Assembly: GCA_030390025.1 (NCBI GenBank)
Contig: CM059432.1
Location: forward strand, 143,036,001 to 143,100,000
Length of the DNA stretch: 64,000 nucleotides
Direction of reading: 5' to 3'
Origin: Squalus acanthias
Taxonomy: Eukaryota
In this document: positions 12,376-25,044 of the stretch, piece after piece
Position numbering within the stretch: position 1 is the stretch's first letter
Layout: the number at the start of each line of letters is the position of its first letter
Position numbers and translations under genes: made by a program
The notes under the pieces: generated by a model
Told to the model about the DNA's origin: nothing
Databases searched by the model: none
The model's input: only the letters and a program-made list of their open reading frames with translations

Positions 12376-13091
12376 GAGAGAGAGGCCCAGTAAGAGAAAG
12401 GATTTCAACAGAATGAGAACACTGCAAGATCATTAACTTCTAGGGCAACCACTGTACTAGAGGTCCTCCAAGTAATTTAATCTTTCAAAGACTGGCAGAC
12501 AGCATAGAGTAGGGCAGATTGGCAGGGAACATGGAGTCAGTGAAGGCCAGAGAGAGCCTGGATCAGAGAGTCAATTACCGTATCACAGTTACAGAGCGCT
12601 ACTGCATTAGAGACCCTTAAGGTAATTAAACCTTTTGCAAAATGTCAGTGGGCGCGGAGTTGAAGGGGCTGGGGGCTGGATCTGATTTATCCAGTTATAA
12701 TGGACGACTCAGATCTTGACACATCCGTGCGCGTTGTACTTGTAGAACTGCTCATGCAAGCCTTTAAAGAAGTATTTTCTTCACCCACCCAATGTTCAGA
12801 TATTGCTCATTCCTTTCTATCTCTCACACCACATTTCACACCCAGCAACTTCACAGTGAATGGTATCTTGCTAATGAGGGAGAAGCAAAAGATAAATTGC
12901 GATTCACTTGTTAACCAAATTACGAAACACTGTTATAAGAGAGTGATTAATTACCAAGTTGAGCAGAGTTTAGGAAGGTACGGGCAGTTCTATTTCAAGT
13001 CTTGTTCAGGGCAGGCACTTTCTTTTCACAAACTTACTGTTATCATGTTTTTTGATTGCGCTCTTTTGTCTGTATTCACCTCTATCTCTTC

Positions 13092-13816
13092 GGGCTGGAT
13101 TTTATCAATGGAGACGTGCTGGAGGCGGGACTTCTGGTTTCCGGGTTTCAGTCCCGCCCCCAGCGACGTCTGACCAATCCACACTGTTTTCCCTTGAATG
13201 GCCTCGGGCTTACCGACCAATTAAGGGAAAGCAGGTGACAGAGGACGTCAGCGTATGAGGCTTCAACTGTCGAAAAAAATTTGACAGATGTATTGTCAGC
13301 GTTAGACAGCTTTGAGAAGCATCTGAGAATGCAGCAGCCATTCTGTCATCTCTACCATTGAGATGAGGCACCTCCGGATCCTCAGGTTGAAGCGTGCAGG
13401 AAGAAGCAAAGGTAAGGAAACTTTATCCAACACTTTACACGCACCTCTCATACTCACCTGTCCACATTTGCAGCCATCACTCACCTCTACAGCTGACATG
13501 TCGACCCCTCTCACCCCCGCAGACCCTCTGCTCACCTCGCTGACCCTGGCGAGGTTCGCAACCGTCGGGAAGCCCGCACTTGCAGGGGTAAAATGGGGAT
13601 AAGCCTCAAAACTGCCTGTTAACAGGCGGTTAATTGGCTCTAATCCCCTTCCCGTCTCGAGGAGACGGGTCCCTGCGTGACTCGGGGACCCGCCTCCTGG
13701 GAAGCTGGCACGGAGGAGGGTTGGGAGCGGGGTCGGGAATCCGCTCCTAGTTTCTGCCATTTTCCCGGCAGTCCCGCCTCCAAACCCGCCTCCCCAGGGC
13801 TGGGAAAATTACCCCC
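13092..13816 (+). mobile_element. Non-autonomous PIF/Harbinger-like element
   Basis: Ends GGGCTGGATTTT..AAAATTACCCCC; related inverted copy at 54503-55340; flanks TTC/TAC (imperfect 3-bp TSD). Confidence 0.72.
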
Positions 13817-14165
13817 TACATCTCTATTAAATCGCCCTGTAATCTCCTCAGTTCTAACAACACCAGCCCCAGTTTTTCCAAATTTGTATTTGTATTTCCT
13901 CATACCAGGCAGCATCCCGGTGAATCTGTGCTGCCCCCTCTCTATTGCCTCAGCATCATTGTTATAGTGTCGATCCCAAAACTGCAGGCCGTCTCCAACT
14001 GTGGTCTTACTAAGGCTTTATATAGATTCACCATTACACCTGGACTTTTACATTCTATACCTCCTGCCAGAAAACCCAGCATTCCATTAGCTTTTTTTAT
14101 GGCCTTATCCACTTGAGGTGCTGCTTTTAATTTCTCTCGGACATGAACCTCCAAATCCTTCTATT
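13817..14165 (-). mobile_element. Old CR1 RT fragment
   Basis: VDKAIKKANGMLGFLAGGIECKSPGVMVNLYKALVRPQLE. Confidence 0.85.
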
Positions 14166-14171
14166 ATTAAC

Positions 14172-15012
14172 ATAACATAAGAACATAAGACGTAGGAGCA
14201 GGAGTAGGTCATTTGGCCCCTCGAGCCTGCTCCGCCATTCAATAAGATCATGGCTGATCTGATCTTGGCCTCAACTCCACTTCCCTGCCCGCTCCCCATA
14301 ACCCTTGACTCCCTTACCTTTCAAAAATCTGTCCATCTCCACCTTAAATATATTCAATGACCCAGCCTCCACAGCTCTCTGGGGAAGAGGATTCCAAAGA
14401 TTCACGACCCTCTGAGAGAAGAAATTCCTCCTCATTTCCGATTTAAATGGGTGCCCCCTTATTCTGAAACTATGCCCTCTAGTTCTAGATTCCCCCACGA
14501 GGGGAAACATCCTCTCTGCATCGACCCTGTCAAGCCCCTTCAGAATCTTATATGTTTCAATAAGATCACCTCTCATTCTTCTAAACTCCAATGAGTATAG
14601 GCCCAACCTGCTCAACCTTTCTCCATAAGACAGCCCCTTCATCTCAGGAATCAACCTCGTGAACCTTCTCTGAACTGCCTCCAATGCAAGTATATCCTTC
14701 CTTAAATAAGGAGACCAAAACTGTACGCAGTACTCCAGGTATGGTCTCACCAACGCCCTGTGCAGTTGTAATAGGACTTCCCTACTTTTATACTCCATTC
14801 CCTTTGCAATAAAGGCCAACATTCCATTTGCCTTCCTAAATACTTGCTGTAGCTGCATGCTAACTTTTTGTGATGCATGTACAAGGACCCCCAGATCCCT
14901 CTGTACCTCAGCATTTTGTAATCTCTCCCCATTTAAATAATAATTTGCTTTTTTATTTTTCCTACCAAAGTGGATAACCTCGCATTTTCCCACATTATAC
15001 TCCATCTGCCAT
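14172..15012 (-). mobile_element. Young 5'-truncated CR1 LINE with uninterrupted ORF2 C-terminus (14271-15005)
   Basis: 244 aa YNVGKCEVIHFG..LVRPYLEYCVQFWSP..RRMRGDLIETYKIL..FFSQRVVNLWN; CR1 3' UTR and (TTATGTTC)n-like tail. Confidence 0.96.
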
Positions 15013-15554
15013 TATTCCAAGTCACTCGACCATCCCCCATTCAAAGTATAATTATTATTTTTACCTTTTTTTTAACCAAAATGCAGACCTCACATTTACT
15101 GACATTGAATTTCATCTGTCACTTTTTTTGCCCATTCCACCATCTTATCAATAAGTCCACAGTGCATGTATCTCCTCACAACCCCAACCTCTCCTGTTAC
15201 AGGGTCCATTTAACACTTACCCCTCCAGTCACCTCCTCTGTCTACTGCCACCCTTAGATGCTTACAATCACCTGATGCTTAACGAGCCTGAGGAAGGTTC
15301 GGACATTACAAGCATGGCCTTAAAGTTACCCAACTACCCACTAGCAGCAGAATATGGCACTGGCCCTAAGGGCGTAAGTCCAATTTCAGGCCCAAGGGGG
15401 AAGGGATATTGTCCCTTAATATTTAGGAGGATCAGTTCATCGATCCTGGAGGGAGTTGCTTCCCTCATCTAGTGATAATGATTCCAGTGGGAGCCGAAGA
15501 TTTACCAGAAGACTGACTTCCAGTGGCCCAGCTGGGCTGTGCATTTTTAAAATG

Positions 15555-16127
15555 TTTTTATTTATTCATTCTCGAGATCTGGGCGTCGCTGGCAAGGCCG
15601 GCATTTATTGCCCATCCCTAGTTGCCCTCGAGAAGGTGGTGGTGAGCCACCTTCTTGAACCGCTGCAGTCCATGTTGTGAAGGTACTCCCACAGTGCTGT
15701 TAGAGCGGGACTTCTAGGATTTTGACCCAGCGACGATGAAGGAACGGCCAATTTATGTCCAAATCAGGATGGTGTGTGACTTGGAGGGGAACTTGGAGGT
15801 GGTGGTGTTCCCATGCGCCTGCTGCCCTTGTCCTTCTAGGTGGAAGAGGTCGCGGGTTTGGTTGAAGAAGCCTTGGCGAGTTGCTGCAGTGCATCTTGTA
15901 GATGGTACACACTGCAGCCACGGTGCGCCGGTGGTGGAGGGAGTGAATGTTTAAGGTGATGGATGGGGTGCCAATCAAGCGGACTGCTTTGTCCTTGATG
16001 GTGTCGAGCTTCTTGAGTGTTGTTGGAGCTGCACTCACCCAGACAAGTGGAGAGTATTCCATCAGACTCCTGACTTGTGTCTTGTAGATGGTGGAAAGGC
16101 TTTGGGGAGTCAGGAGGTGAGTCATGG
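15555..16127 (-). mobile_element. LINE-X 3' fragment
   Basis: LTPQSLSTIYKTQVRSLMEYSPLVW..; same 3' tail as 21371-21485. Confidence 0.9.
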
Positions 16128-16391
16128 ACCTCAGACAGAGCAGCAAAGCCATTTTGCCTTACAGGGGCGGATTGGATCGAGCTGAGGCAGGAACCACTGA
16201 CACACACTCGCAATCTCTGGGCAGGGGGGCGAGGGGGGCGAGGGGGGCGAGGTGGGGGCAGGGGATGGGGAGGTGGAGGGGGGTCAAAGTCTGGAAAATA
16301 CCTGGAGGGGTAGTGGGGAGAGGGCTAACTCCCACCTGTGCTCTTTTCTGTCACCCCTACCCCAGCATATCTGAGGTCTTGCAGGCTATAT

Positions 16392-18492
16392 TTAGGAACA
16401 GGAGGAGGCCATTCAGCCCCTCGAGCCTGTTTCGCCATTCAATGAGATCAAGGCTGATCTGTGACCTAACTCCATCCACCTGCCTTAGCTCCATATCCTT
16501 TTATACCATTGTCTAGCAAAAATCTATCAATCTCAGACACAAAGGGCTGGATTTGACGAACCTCAGCGGGTCCGTGGCGGGCGACGTTGGTGGCGGGTCC
16601 CAACCCCGCAGCTGTCTTCATCCCGGCCTCTGAAATGAATTTCCCTTGATTGGGTTTGTTAAGCCCCGCCCAGCACGTTTCCCGGCCAATTAGAGGAAGC
16701 GGGCCTGGTGACATCATTTGATGACGCGTCATCAGCTGGTTTCCTTAAAGGGACCATGGCCTTAAGTGCTGCAAACACTGACAAGCACTGCACAGAGGTG
16801 CACCCAGGCTCTCCCATGACACCCTCCATATGCTTATGGAGGGAGTCACAGCACGCAGGGCAGTCCTCTTCCCTTCCCATGGGCGGAAGAGACCTCCCCA
16901 GGAGATCAACACAGCCTGGTTGCACATTGCAGAGGAGGGCACAAGCAGGGATGTGGTCAGGAGGACCTGGGTGCAGTGCCACAAACCTTTCAATGATCTC
17001 AGCAGATCATGAAGAGTTAGCACAAAGCCACACTCAACCTTATCCTGCTGTGCCTCTCATCACATCCCCATCACTCTGCCTTCCCTACCCTACACATCCT
17101 TACTCACACCAACTTACCTTGCACCTCCACCCATCCCTCTCTATCTACATTATCACTTCCCCATCTCACTAGCCACCCCTCACACTCACCCTCATCCTCA
17201 TGCAATCATACCAACTAACAACATACAAGGTTAGGCACTTGGGTGTTTTATGCAATGTTCTTGTAAAGTTTCTGTTAATGTGGTGTCAAATATTGAAACC
17301 TTTATTTTCAACACTTTATGTTCTTGAAGAGATTTGTGTGCACCTTTGGAAGTGGCTTAGTGAGTTGTAGAGAAAGGTGAGGCATAACAGTACCCCCCGC
17401 AATGGTGATGAGTGTGAAAGGAATGGCTTGGGCATTGTAGGGATGCTTTATGGTGTTGGTGTGGGCTGGTGCCAACCTGGCACATCATGTGGCAGCCAGG
17501 GTGTACAGCGTCAGGTGAAGTAAATCTGGCCATGGTGAGGCCATCGCTGGCGTCCCGGGCAGCAATGTGGTCGGGTACTGATGCCCTGTCTCCTGTGCAG
17601 CATCAGGTGATTGCGGAGAAGGTTGGTGTTGTTGTTGGTGATGCTGGTGTTGGGGCTGATCGTGGTGGAATTCTGAGGACCAAGGTGAGAGAGTTTCAGG
17701 ACACCCATGCTGATGGAATAGATGGCAGGTGAAGTAGAGATGACAGAAATGATCTGTCAATGGTGGGAGAGGTAATGAGGTCAGACTGGATGGAGTTTAG
17801 AGAAGCTAGTGGTTAAGGGAACATTTCTCAATCAGCTGGGAGCTTTGACTTGACTTTGAAGCTGGCAACTCATCAGCTGATTCAATGGCCACTGACCTCC
17901 TGCCTCAGCTTCACAGACGAGGTCTAGACACAGCGGGAAACTGGTGGCCGATCTGTCAAATCCAAAAATCTGGGGAAAAAAACATTAATAAGTGGCTGCA
18001 AACAAGCCACAAATGATTTTAATTGCCTCCCCCACCGCTGCGTGTCGGGTCTGCTCAGCGCTGACAGACCCGACATTTGGTAAAGGCGTGTGGCGGCGGG
18101 TTCACAGCGGGGTCCCGACCTGGTGGGGAAAAAAAACATTTTCCCACCCGACCCGCCACCGATCGTACCCGCTGGCCCCCTGCAAAATCCAGCCCATTGT
18201 TGTTAATTGAGCCCCTACTGCTTTCTGTGGGAGTGAGTTCCACACTTCTACCACCCATTGCATGAAGAAATGTTCTTAACTTTTCTCTTGAATGGCCTGG
18301 CTCTGATTTTAAGGTGATGTCCCCTTGTCCTAGACTCACCCACCAGCAGGAAAAAGTTTCTCTCCATCTACCCTTTCAATTCCTTTCAAAATCCTAAAAA
18401 CCTCAATCAAATCAACCCTTCACTCTTCTATATTCCAGGGAATGCAAAGTTAGTTTATGTAATCTCTCCTCATAATCTAACGCTTGGAGCCT
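16392..18492 (-). mobile_element. CR1 3' fragment split (16392-16540 and 18196-18492) by a Harbinger insertion
   Basis: CR1 tail at 16392-16540 resumes at 18196 with ..GAGTTCCACACTTCTACCACCC..CTCTTCTATATTCCAGGGAA (LYSLEYRR-type motif). Confidence 0.8.
16543..18195 (+). mobile_element. PIF/Harbinger deletion derivative carrying a Myb/SANT-like gene relic
   Basis: TIRs GGGCTGGATTT..AAATCCAGCCC; 16830-17012 encodes LMEGVTARRAVLFP..AWLHIAEE..RRTWVQCHKPFNDL, a Myb/SANT (trihelix) W..W..C..F.DL pattern. Confidence 0.82.
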
Positions 18493-18689
18493 TTCACTAT
18501 TTGAATCAGTTGGGTGAGTGCCACGATCCATAAATGGGCAGAATTCCCACTCCGCTGTCGGAATGCCAGACCCTGTAGATTTAAACGAGTGAAGGATGAC
18601 TCGAGGCATTGTGGAGGATTGCCATGGGCTTGGCTCACCAGATCTATCCACGGTGAATTGAGAAAAAGGTGAAACTGTGGGGGTAGGGA

Positions 18690-18843
18690 GGGGACAATTC
18701 GAACCTAACCCGCCCGTCGAGAATCCCATGGGATCTGGTGCAACGCTGGTTTTACACCCGCCCAATTTTACTCTCCATCAATGGAAAGCAATGTTGGGCA
18801 GGGGTGTAAAACTTGATCCCGTGAGATTCCCGCCTGGCGAATT
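18690..18843. mobile_element. Short palindromic (hairpin) MITE
   Basis: GTTTTACACCCGCCCAATTTT..ATGTTGGGCAGGGGTGTAAAAC inverted arms; relatives at 32150-32308, 40285-40402, 55377-55492. Confidence 0.65.
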
Positions 18844-19313
18844 AGAAAGAAAGACTTGCATTTCTACAGCGCCTTTCACGACCACCGGACGTCTCAAAGC
18901 GCTTTACAGCCAATGAAGTACTTTTGAAGTGGAGTCACTGTTGTAATGTAGGAAACGCAGCAGCCAATTTGCGCACAGCAAGATCCCACAAACAACAATG
19001 TGATAAATGACCAGATAATCTGTTTTTCAGATGTTGGTTGAGGGAGAAATATTGGCCAGGACACCGGGGATAACTCCCCCCTGCTCCTCTTCGAAATAGC
19101 GGCCGTGGGATCTTTTACGTCCACCTGTGAGAGCAGACAGGGCCTTGGTTTAAGGTCTCATCTGAAAGACGGCACCTCCGACAGTGCAGCACTCCCTCAG
19201 CACTGCACTGGAGTGTCAGCCTAGTTTTATGCCCGCAAGTCTCTGGAGTGGGATTTGAACCCACAACCTTCTCACTCAGAGGCGAGTGTGCTACCCACTG
19301 AGCCACAGCTGAC
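18844..19313 (-). mobile_element. Full-length tRNA-headed Deu-domain (SacSINE1-like) SINE
   Basis: Minus strand has A box TGGCTCAGTGG and B box GGTTCAAATCC, conserved body and tail AAAGGCGCTGTAGAAATGCAAGTCTTTC. Confidence 0.9.
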
Positions 19314-20482
19314 AATGACAGGTTAAAAATCACTCCCTGGATGTCTGAGGGTGATTCGGTGTGTTGGGTTGTTGCGATCGACTTGTTCCTCTGAACTTTA
19401 CAACCTTCCTCCTCCAAAAGCTCCTATTCTGTAGGTTGACCACATCTCATTGACGTTGGATCAGTGTCAGCTGTTACACTGGACTTGATACAAAGTGAGT
19501 GCACAATGCAACGAGGGGAATGATTCTACAGGGAAATGGTGTTCCCTGGTTATGGTACCAATTCAGTGCCAGGGCTTACATTACTACCAGCATATAGCCA
19601 GCACAGTGTTCCAACAGCATCAAGTCGTGAATGAGATTGAAAGGGCCAGCGCAGGAAAGTTTCTCAAGCGGAATCACAAGAGGAACTGGGGACATCTTTA
19701 AAAGTTTGGAAAACTGCAAACAAACAACTTCTTTTCACTCAGGAGATAAACTGCAACTGAGTGCGGTCAATGTTCAGCATTTAGGGGAAAAAAGCAAATT
19801 GGTTCTTTATACAATGGGGAATAAAGGGTTATAGGTCGGGTTCTGAGACAGGGAGGGATGGAATGTTGCACTCATAGCTAGAACCTGGATCGGAATGACA
19901 AGGCAAGATGGATGAGCGGAGCGACCTGGTTCTTGCTGAGACTTCATGTTCCTAAGTTGCCATTGTGAAAACGAAAGAAAGGTTTGAATGGCAGCCCCTC
20001 CTTTCGTAGTTTTTCCCACATCCCCCTCCCTTCCCTAATCTGCCTCTTTCTGAACCTGCAGGAATTTCTAGTTTGCATGCCAGACATCACTAAGAAGCAG
20101 TCCAGTTACAGCAGAATACCATCAGAATAAGATGAGGTCTCGTGGATGGTGAGATCCACGCAGGCAGCCAGAAAAACATTATTGTTGATTCATCCTCATC
20201 TGCAAAATGACAAAGTTGATGCAGTTACGAGGAGGCCAGGCGATTTCAATCAAAGCAGCTTCATTCCTGCTTCTAAGAAACCAAAGATTTCTCATCCAAG
20301 AGCTTGTCTCTTTGAAGGATGCTTATAGAGCGCACACTGCAAACAGATCAGAGCAAGCAGCAAAGGCAAGAAAATATGTTGAGGATTGTGGCAGGAATTC
20401 TACATCAAGATAAAGACCTGCAGCGAGGTTAGAATTCATTACTCCGTAAAAAGACTGCAGTCAGCTTCTCAGATAATGAAGC

Positions 20483-21485
20483 AGTCCGTGCCCGCATGCA
20501 GCAAGACCTGGACAACATTCAGGCTTGATAAGTGGCAAGTAACATTCGCGCCACACAAGTGCCAGGCAATGACTATCTCCAACAAGAGAGAGTCTAACCA
20601 CCGCCCCTTGACATTCAACGGCATTGCCAACGCCAAATCCCCCACCATCAACATTCTGGGGGTTACCATTGGCCAGAGACTTAACTGACCAGCCACATAA
20701 ATACTGTGGCAACAAGAGCAGGTCAGAGGCTGGGTATTCTGCAGCAAGTGTCTTACCTCCTGACTCCCCAAAGCCTTTCCACCATCTACAAGGCACAAGT
20801 AAGGAGTGTGATGGAATACTCTCCACTTGCCTGGATGAGTGCAGTTCCAACAACACTCAAGAAGCTCGACACTATCCAGGACAAAGCAGCCCGCTTGATT
20901 GACACCCCATCCACCACCTTAAACATTCACTCCCTCCACCACCGGTGTACCGTGGCTGCAGTGTGTACCATCTACAAGATGCACTGCAGCAACTCGCCAA
21001 GGCTTCTTCGACAGCACCTCCCAAGTGCCAGGCAATGACTATCTCCAACAAGAGAGAGTCTAACCACCGCCCCTTGACATTCAACGGCATTGCCATCAAC
21101 ATTCTGGGGGACACCATTGACCAGAAACTTAACTGACCAGCCACATAAATACTGTGGCAACAAGAGCAGGTCAGAGGCTGGGTATTCTGCGACCTCTACC
21201 ACCTAGAAGGACAAGGGCAGCAGGCGCATGGGAACACCATCACCTCCAAGTTCCCCTCCACGACACACACCATCCTGATTTGGAAATGTATCGGCGTTCC
21301 TTCATCGTCGCTGTGTCAAAATCCTGGAACTCCCTCCCTAACAGCACTGTGGGAGTACCTTCACCACACGGACTGCAGCAGTTCAAGAAGGCGGCTCACC
21401 ACCACCTTCTCAAGGGCAATTAGGGTTGGGCAATAAATGCTGGCCTTGCCAGTGACGCCCACATCCCATGAATGAATAAAAATAA
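20483..21485 (+). mobile_element. LINE-X 3' ~0.85 kb with internal duplication
   Basis: DKWQVTFAPHKCQAMTIS..YKAQVRSVMEYSPLAW..SKSWNSLP; tail ..CCCATGAATGAATAAAAA. Confidence 0.92.
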
Positions 21486-21507
21486 AGCTAAAGTACAACT
21501 CTGCAAT

Positions 21508-22258
21508 TCTTTGTTTTAATTCATTCATGAGATGATGGCGTCGCTGGCAAGACCAGCATTTATTGCCCACCCTTATTTGCCCTCGAGAAGGAGGTGGTGA
21601 GTCTTCTTCTTGAACTGCTGCAGTCCCATGAGGTGAAGGTACTCCCACAGTGCTGCTAGGTAGGGAGTTCCAGGAATTTGACCCAGCGACGATGAAGGAT
21701 CGGCGATATATGTCCGAGTCGGGATGGTGTGTGACTCGGAGGGGAACTTGGAGGTGGTGGTGTTCACTTTGATGCTCTTTCCCTTCTCAGTGGTGGAGGT
21801 CGCAGGGGAGGGAGGTGCTGTCGGAGAAACTTGGCGAGTTGCAGCGGTACATCCTGTAGCTAGTACACGCTGCAGCCATGGTGCACTGGAGGAGATGGAT
21901 ATTAAATCCCATGGCAGGGGTACCAATCAAGCAAACTGCTCTGTCCAGGATGGTGTCAAGCTTCTTGAGTGTTGTTGCAGCTGCTCCCATACAGGCGAGT
22001 GGTGAATATTCCATCCCGCTTCTCACCTGAGGGCTGTCGATAATGGGGGGGCTTTAAGGGGTCAGGAAGTGAGACACTCATTGCAGTGTGCCTGGTCTCT
22101 GCCCTGTTCTTGTCGCCATGGTGTTGATACGACTGGTCCAGTTACATTCTGGTCAAGGGGGTGACTCCCAAGATGTCGATGGTAGCACAGTTGAAGGTTG
22201 GGCTTTCTCTTGCTCAAGGTGGTCTTTACCTTGTTCTTATGTGGTGCAAATGTTTCCC
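21508..22258 (-). mobile_element. Older LINE-X copy, tail-to-tail with the previous copy
   Basis: MEYSPLACMGAAATTLKKLDTILDRAVCLIGTP; reverse-complement tail at 21520-21620. Confidence 0.85.
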
Positions 22259-22696
22259 GCATTCAATATCTACTGGAACACAGCCATACATGTGCCTAAT
22301 ACACAATAGAAAGGATGCATATTTGGAAACTGTTGTTCAGTACACACTGGGTGAAGGAAGCATTATTAACTCATTTGTCATGCATTTGATTTGTCCCTGG
22401 TTTCAAATGGCTGTTTGAGCTTGTCTTATTTCAACTTCAAACCCTTATAACTCAGCTAGTTCGATAACTTTCATGCCCAACTTGCATTTCTACTGAGCCT
22501 CCAGAGGCCCTATCGTTGACAATTCGCGAGGGTTCAAACTGATTTTACAAGAGCTAAGTACAGGAGTAAAAGTTCGGACAACTGACTTGGAAAAATATGC
22601 CTATTTAAAATTCTTGACAATTTTACAGTAAAACATTTGCAACAAGAGACTGTACTGGTGAACTTCCCTGACCTGGCATTAACGGTGTCGTAATGA

Positions 22697-22976
22697 GGGT
22701 ACAGTAGCATAGTCGTTATGTTGCTGGACTAATAATCCCGGGAACGTGAGTTCAAATCCCACCAGGATAGTTTGAGAATTTGAATTCAGTTTTAAAAATC
22801 TGGGAATAAAAAGCTGGTGTCAGTAAAAGTGACCATGAAGCTGTCGGATTCCCGTAAAAACTCAACTGGTTCATTGATGTCCTTTAGGGAAGGAAACCTG
22901 CCGTCCTTACCCGGTCTGGGCCTATATGTGACTTCAGTCCCACAGCAATGTGGTTGAATCTTAACTGCCCTCTGAA
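22697..22976 (+). mobile_element. tRNA-headed SINE family B, 3'-truncated
   Basis: GTAGCATAGTCGTTA..GAGTTCAAATCCC (A/B boxes); core TGTCCTTTAGGGAAGGAAACCTGCCGTCCTTACCCGGTCTGG shared with 34456-34912. Confidence 0.85.
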
Positions 22977-23292
22977 AGAGATTAAATCAGTGGGATGGAG
23001 TCCATGATAGGGTAGAAGGCATAAAGTCTTTGGAAGGAACAAGCTAGATGGGATGAATAGCCTTTTCTCATTCCTTTCCTTCTTGTGTTTTTAACCGCAC
23101 AATCCCAGACACCAAAGTAAGTTAAGGTGCAGGAACAGTGGCGGTGAGTAGACGGTGGGGAGGGATGGGGATAGAGTCAGGGCCAGTATAGAATTGCTGA
23201 TTGTAAGCCTGTGCGCCCTGAGGCATAGTGCTGAGGTAGGACTCCATTACTTGGATCTACATTGCCTTGGCCAGGATTGCACTCCTCTTTAA

Positions 23293-23750
23293 TCGTGGCT
23301 CAGTGGGTAGCACTCTCACCACTGACTCAGAAGGCTGCGGGTTTCAAGTCCCACTCCATAAACTTGAGCCCAAATTCTCGACTGACACTCCCAGTGTAGT
23401 ACTGAGGGAGTGCTGCACTGTCGGAGGAGCTGTCTTTCTGATGAGACATTAAACCGAGGCCCCGTCTTCCCTCTCAGGTGGATGTAAAAGATCCCACGGC
23501 CACTATTAGAAGAGCAGGGGAGATCCCCCCGCTGTCCTGGGCCAATATCCCTCAATCAACATCACTAAAACTGATTATCTGGTCATTATCACATTGCTAT
23601 TTGTGGGAGCCAGCTGTGCGCAAATTGATTGCCACAATTCTTACAATACAACAGTGACTACACTTCAAAAAATGTACTTCATTAGCTGTAAAGCGCTTTG
23701 GGACATCCTGAGGTCGTGAAAGGCGCTATAGAAATGCAAGTCTTTCTTTT
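23293..23750 (+). mobile_element. Full-length Deu-domain (SacSINE1-like) SINE
   Basis: GTGGCTCAGTGGGTAGCACTCTC..GGTTTCAAGTCCC head; body GTACTGAGGGAGTGCTGCACTGTCGGAG..; L2-like tail; family name from recall. Confidence 0.9.
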
Positions 23751-24277
23751 ATCTAAACGGATGGAATTCTGACCTCTGTTCTCTGAGCACGCTATGCAGA
23801 ACATTACACAGCTAGAATAATCGGCCAGAATTCATTCCTGACCTTCGGCCTTGTTTTTCAGCAGTTGTTGGTCTTTTTGCTATAGGACTAAACAATGGTA
23901 AGGCATTCAAAATTTATAATCATGTAGCTTCTCCCTCCAAGCTGCAGCTGTAGGCTAGCTGTATTCGGATTCTCTATAATGCCAGTGTCATATTTATGAC
24001 CTGCTGTACAAAATCCAGGCAATCAGGCAGCCTCTTCCTTCTGTACAGGTGACAACACCATACTTCACAATATGCAAAAATGTTTTGTTTTAGTACCGTA
24101 TTGTGAATCTGAACAGCCACCTCCATTACTCACTTATAAAAGAGGTGGGTTGAAATACCCGTTGCAGATGTAATTCCTCACCTTACTTAGATTTTCCAAA
24201 GTATGCCCAGTGACGACTGGTGAGATTATATATTAAAACTCTCTATTTTCATGAATCTCATCACATCTAAAGTTGAA

Positions 24278-24741
24278 CTGGAATGGTTCCAGGGATGAGG
24301 GATTACAGTTACGTGGATAGACTGGAAAAGCTGGGGTTGTTCTCCTTGGAGCAGAGAAGGCTCAGAGGAGATTTGATAGAGGGGTTTCAATCATGAAGGG
24401 TTTAGATAGAGTAAATAAGGAGAAACTGTTTCCACTGGCAGAAGGGTCAGGAGGGCACAGATTTAAGGTGATTGGCAAACGAACCAGAGGTGACATGAGG
24501 AAAAACTTTTTTATGCAATGAGTGGTTAGGATTTGGAATGCACTGCCTGATAGGATGGTGGATACAGATTCAGTAGCAGCCTTCAAAAGGGAGTTGGATA
24601 AATACTTGAAGGAGAAAAAATTGCAGGGATATGAGGAAAGAGCGGGGGAGTGGGACTAACTGGATCGCTCTTCGAAAGAGCCGGCACAGACTCGATGGGC
24701 CAAATGGCCTCTTTCTGTGCTGTATCATTCTATGATTCTAA
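24278..24741 (+). mobile_element. CR1 LINE 3' fragment
   Basis: Close match to the 3' end of 56282-56771; tail (ATTCTATG)n. Confidence 0.9.
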
Positions 24742-24796
24742 GAACATTTATTGTTAAGTTCATTCCTTTACTTACAAGAAATGAGACCTTATGCCA

Positions 24797-25032
24797 ACAA
24801 CAACAACAACTTGTATTTATGTAGCACCTTTAATGTAGTAAAACGTCCCAGACGCTTCACAGGAGTGTTATAAAACAAAATTTGACACTGAGCCACATAA
24901 GGAGATATTAGGATAGATGAGGTCAACGAGGTAGGTTTTAAGGAGCATCTTAAAGGAGGAGAGCGAGGCGGTGAGGTTTAGGGAGGGAATTCCAGAGCTT
25001 AGGGCCCAGGCAGCTGAAGGCACGGCCACCTG
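24797..25032 (-). mobile_element. L2 LINE 3' end
   Basis: (CAA)n tail then reverse complement of GGCCGTGCCTTCAGCTGCCTGGGCCCTAAGCTCTGGAATTCCCTCCC. Confidence 0.87.
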
Positions 25033-25044
25033 CCACATAAACTG

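Noticed and set aside
19420..20480. Exons in this unique stretch (also 12400-13090 and 42600-42960)
   Set aside because: No acceptor-ORF-donor set with a recognisable peptide; cannot be excluded without RNA data
23293..23360. tRNA genes at SINE heads
   Set aside because: A/B boxes run on into SINE bodies; no complete cloverleaf with terminator
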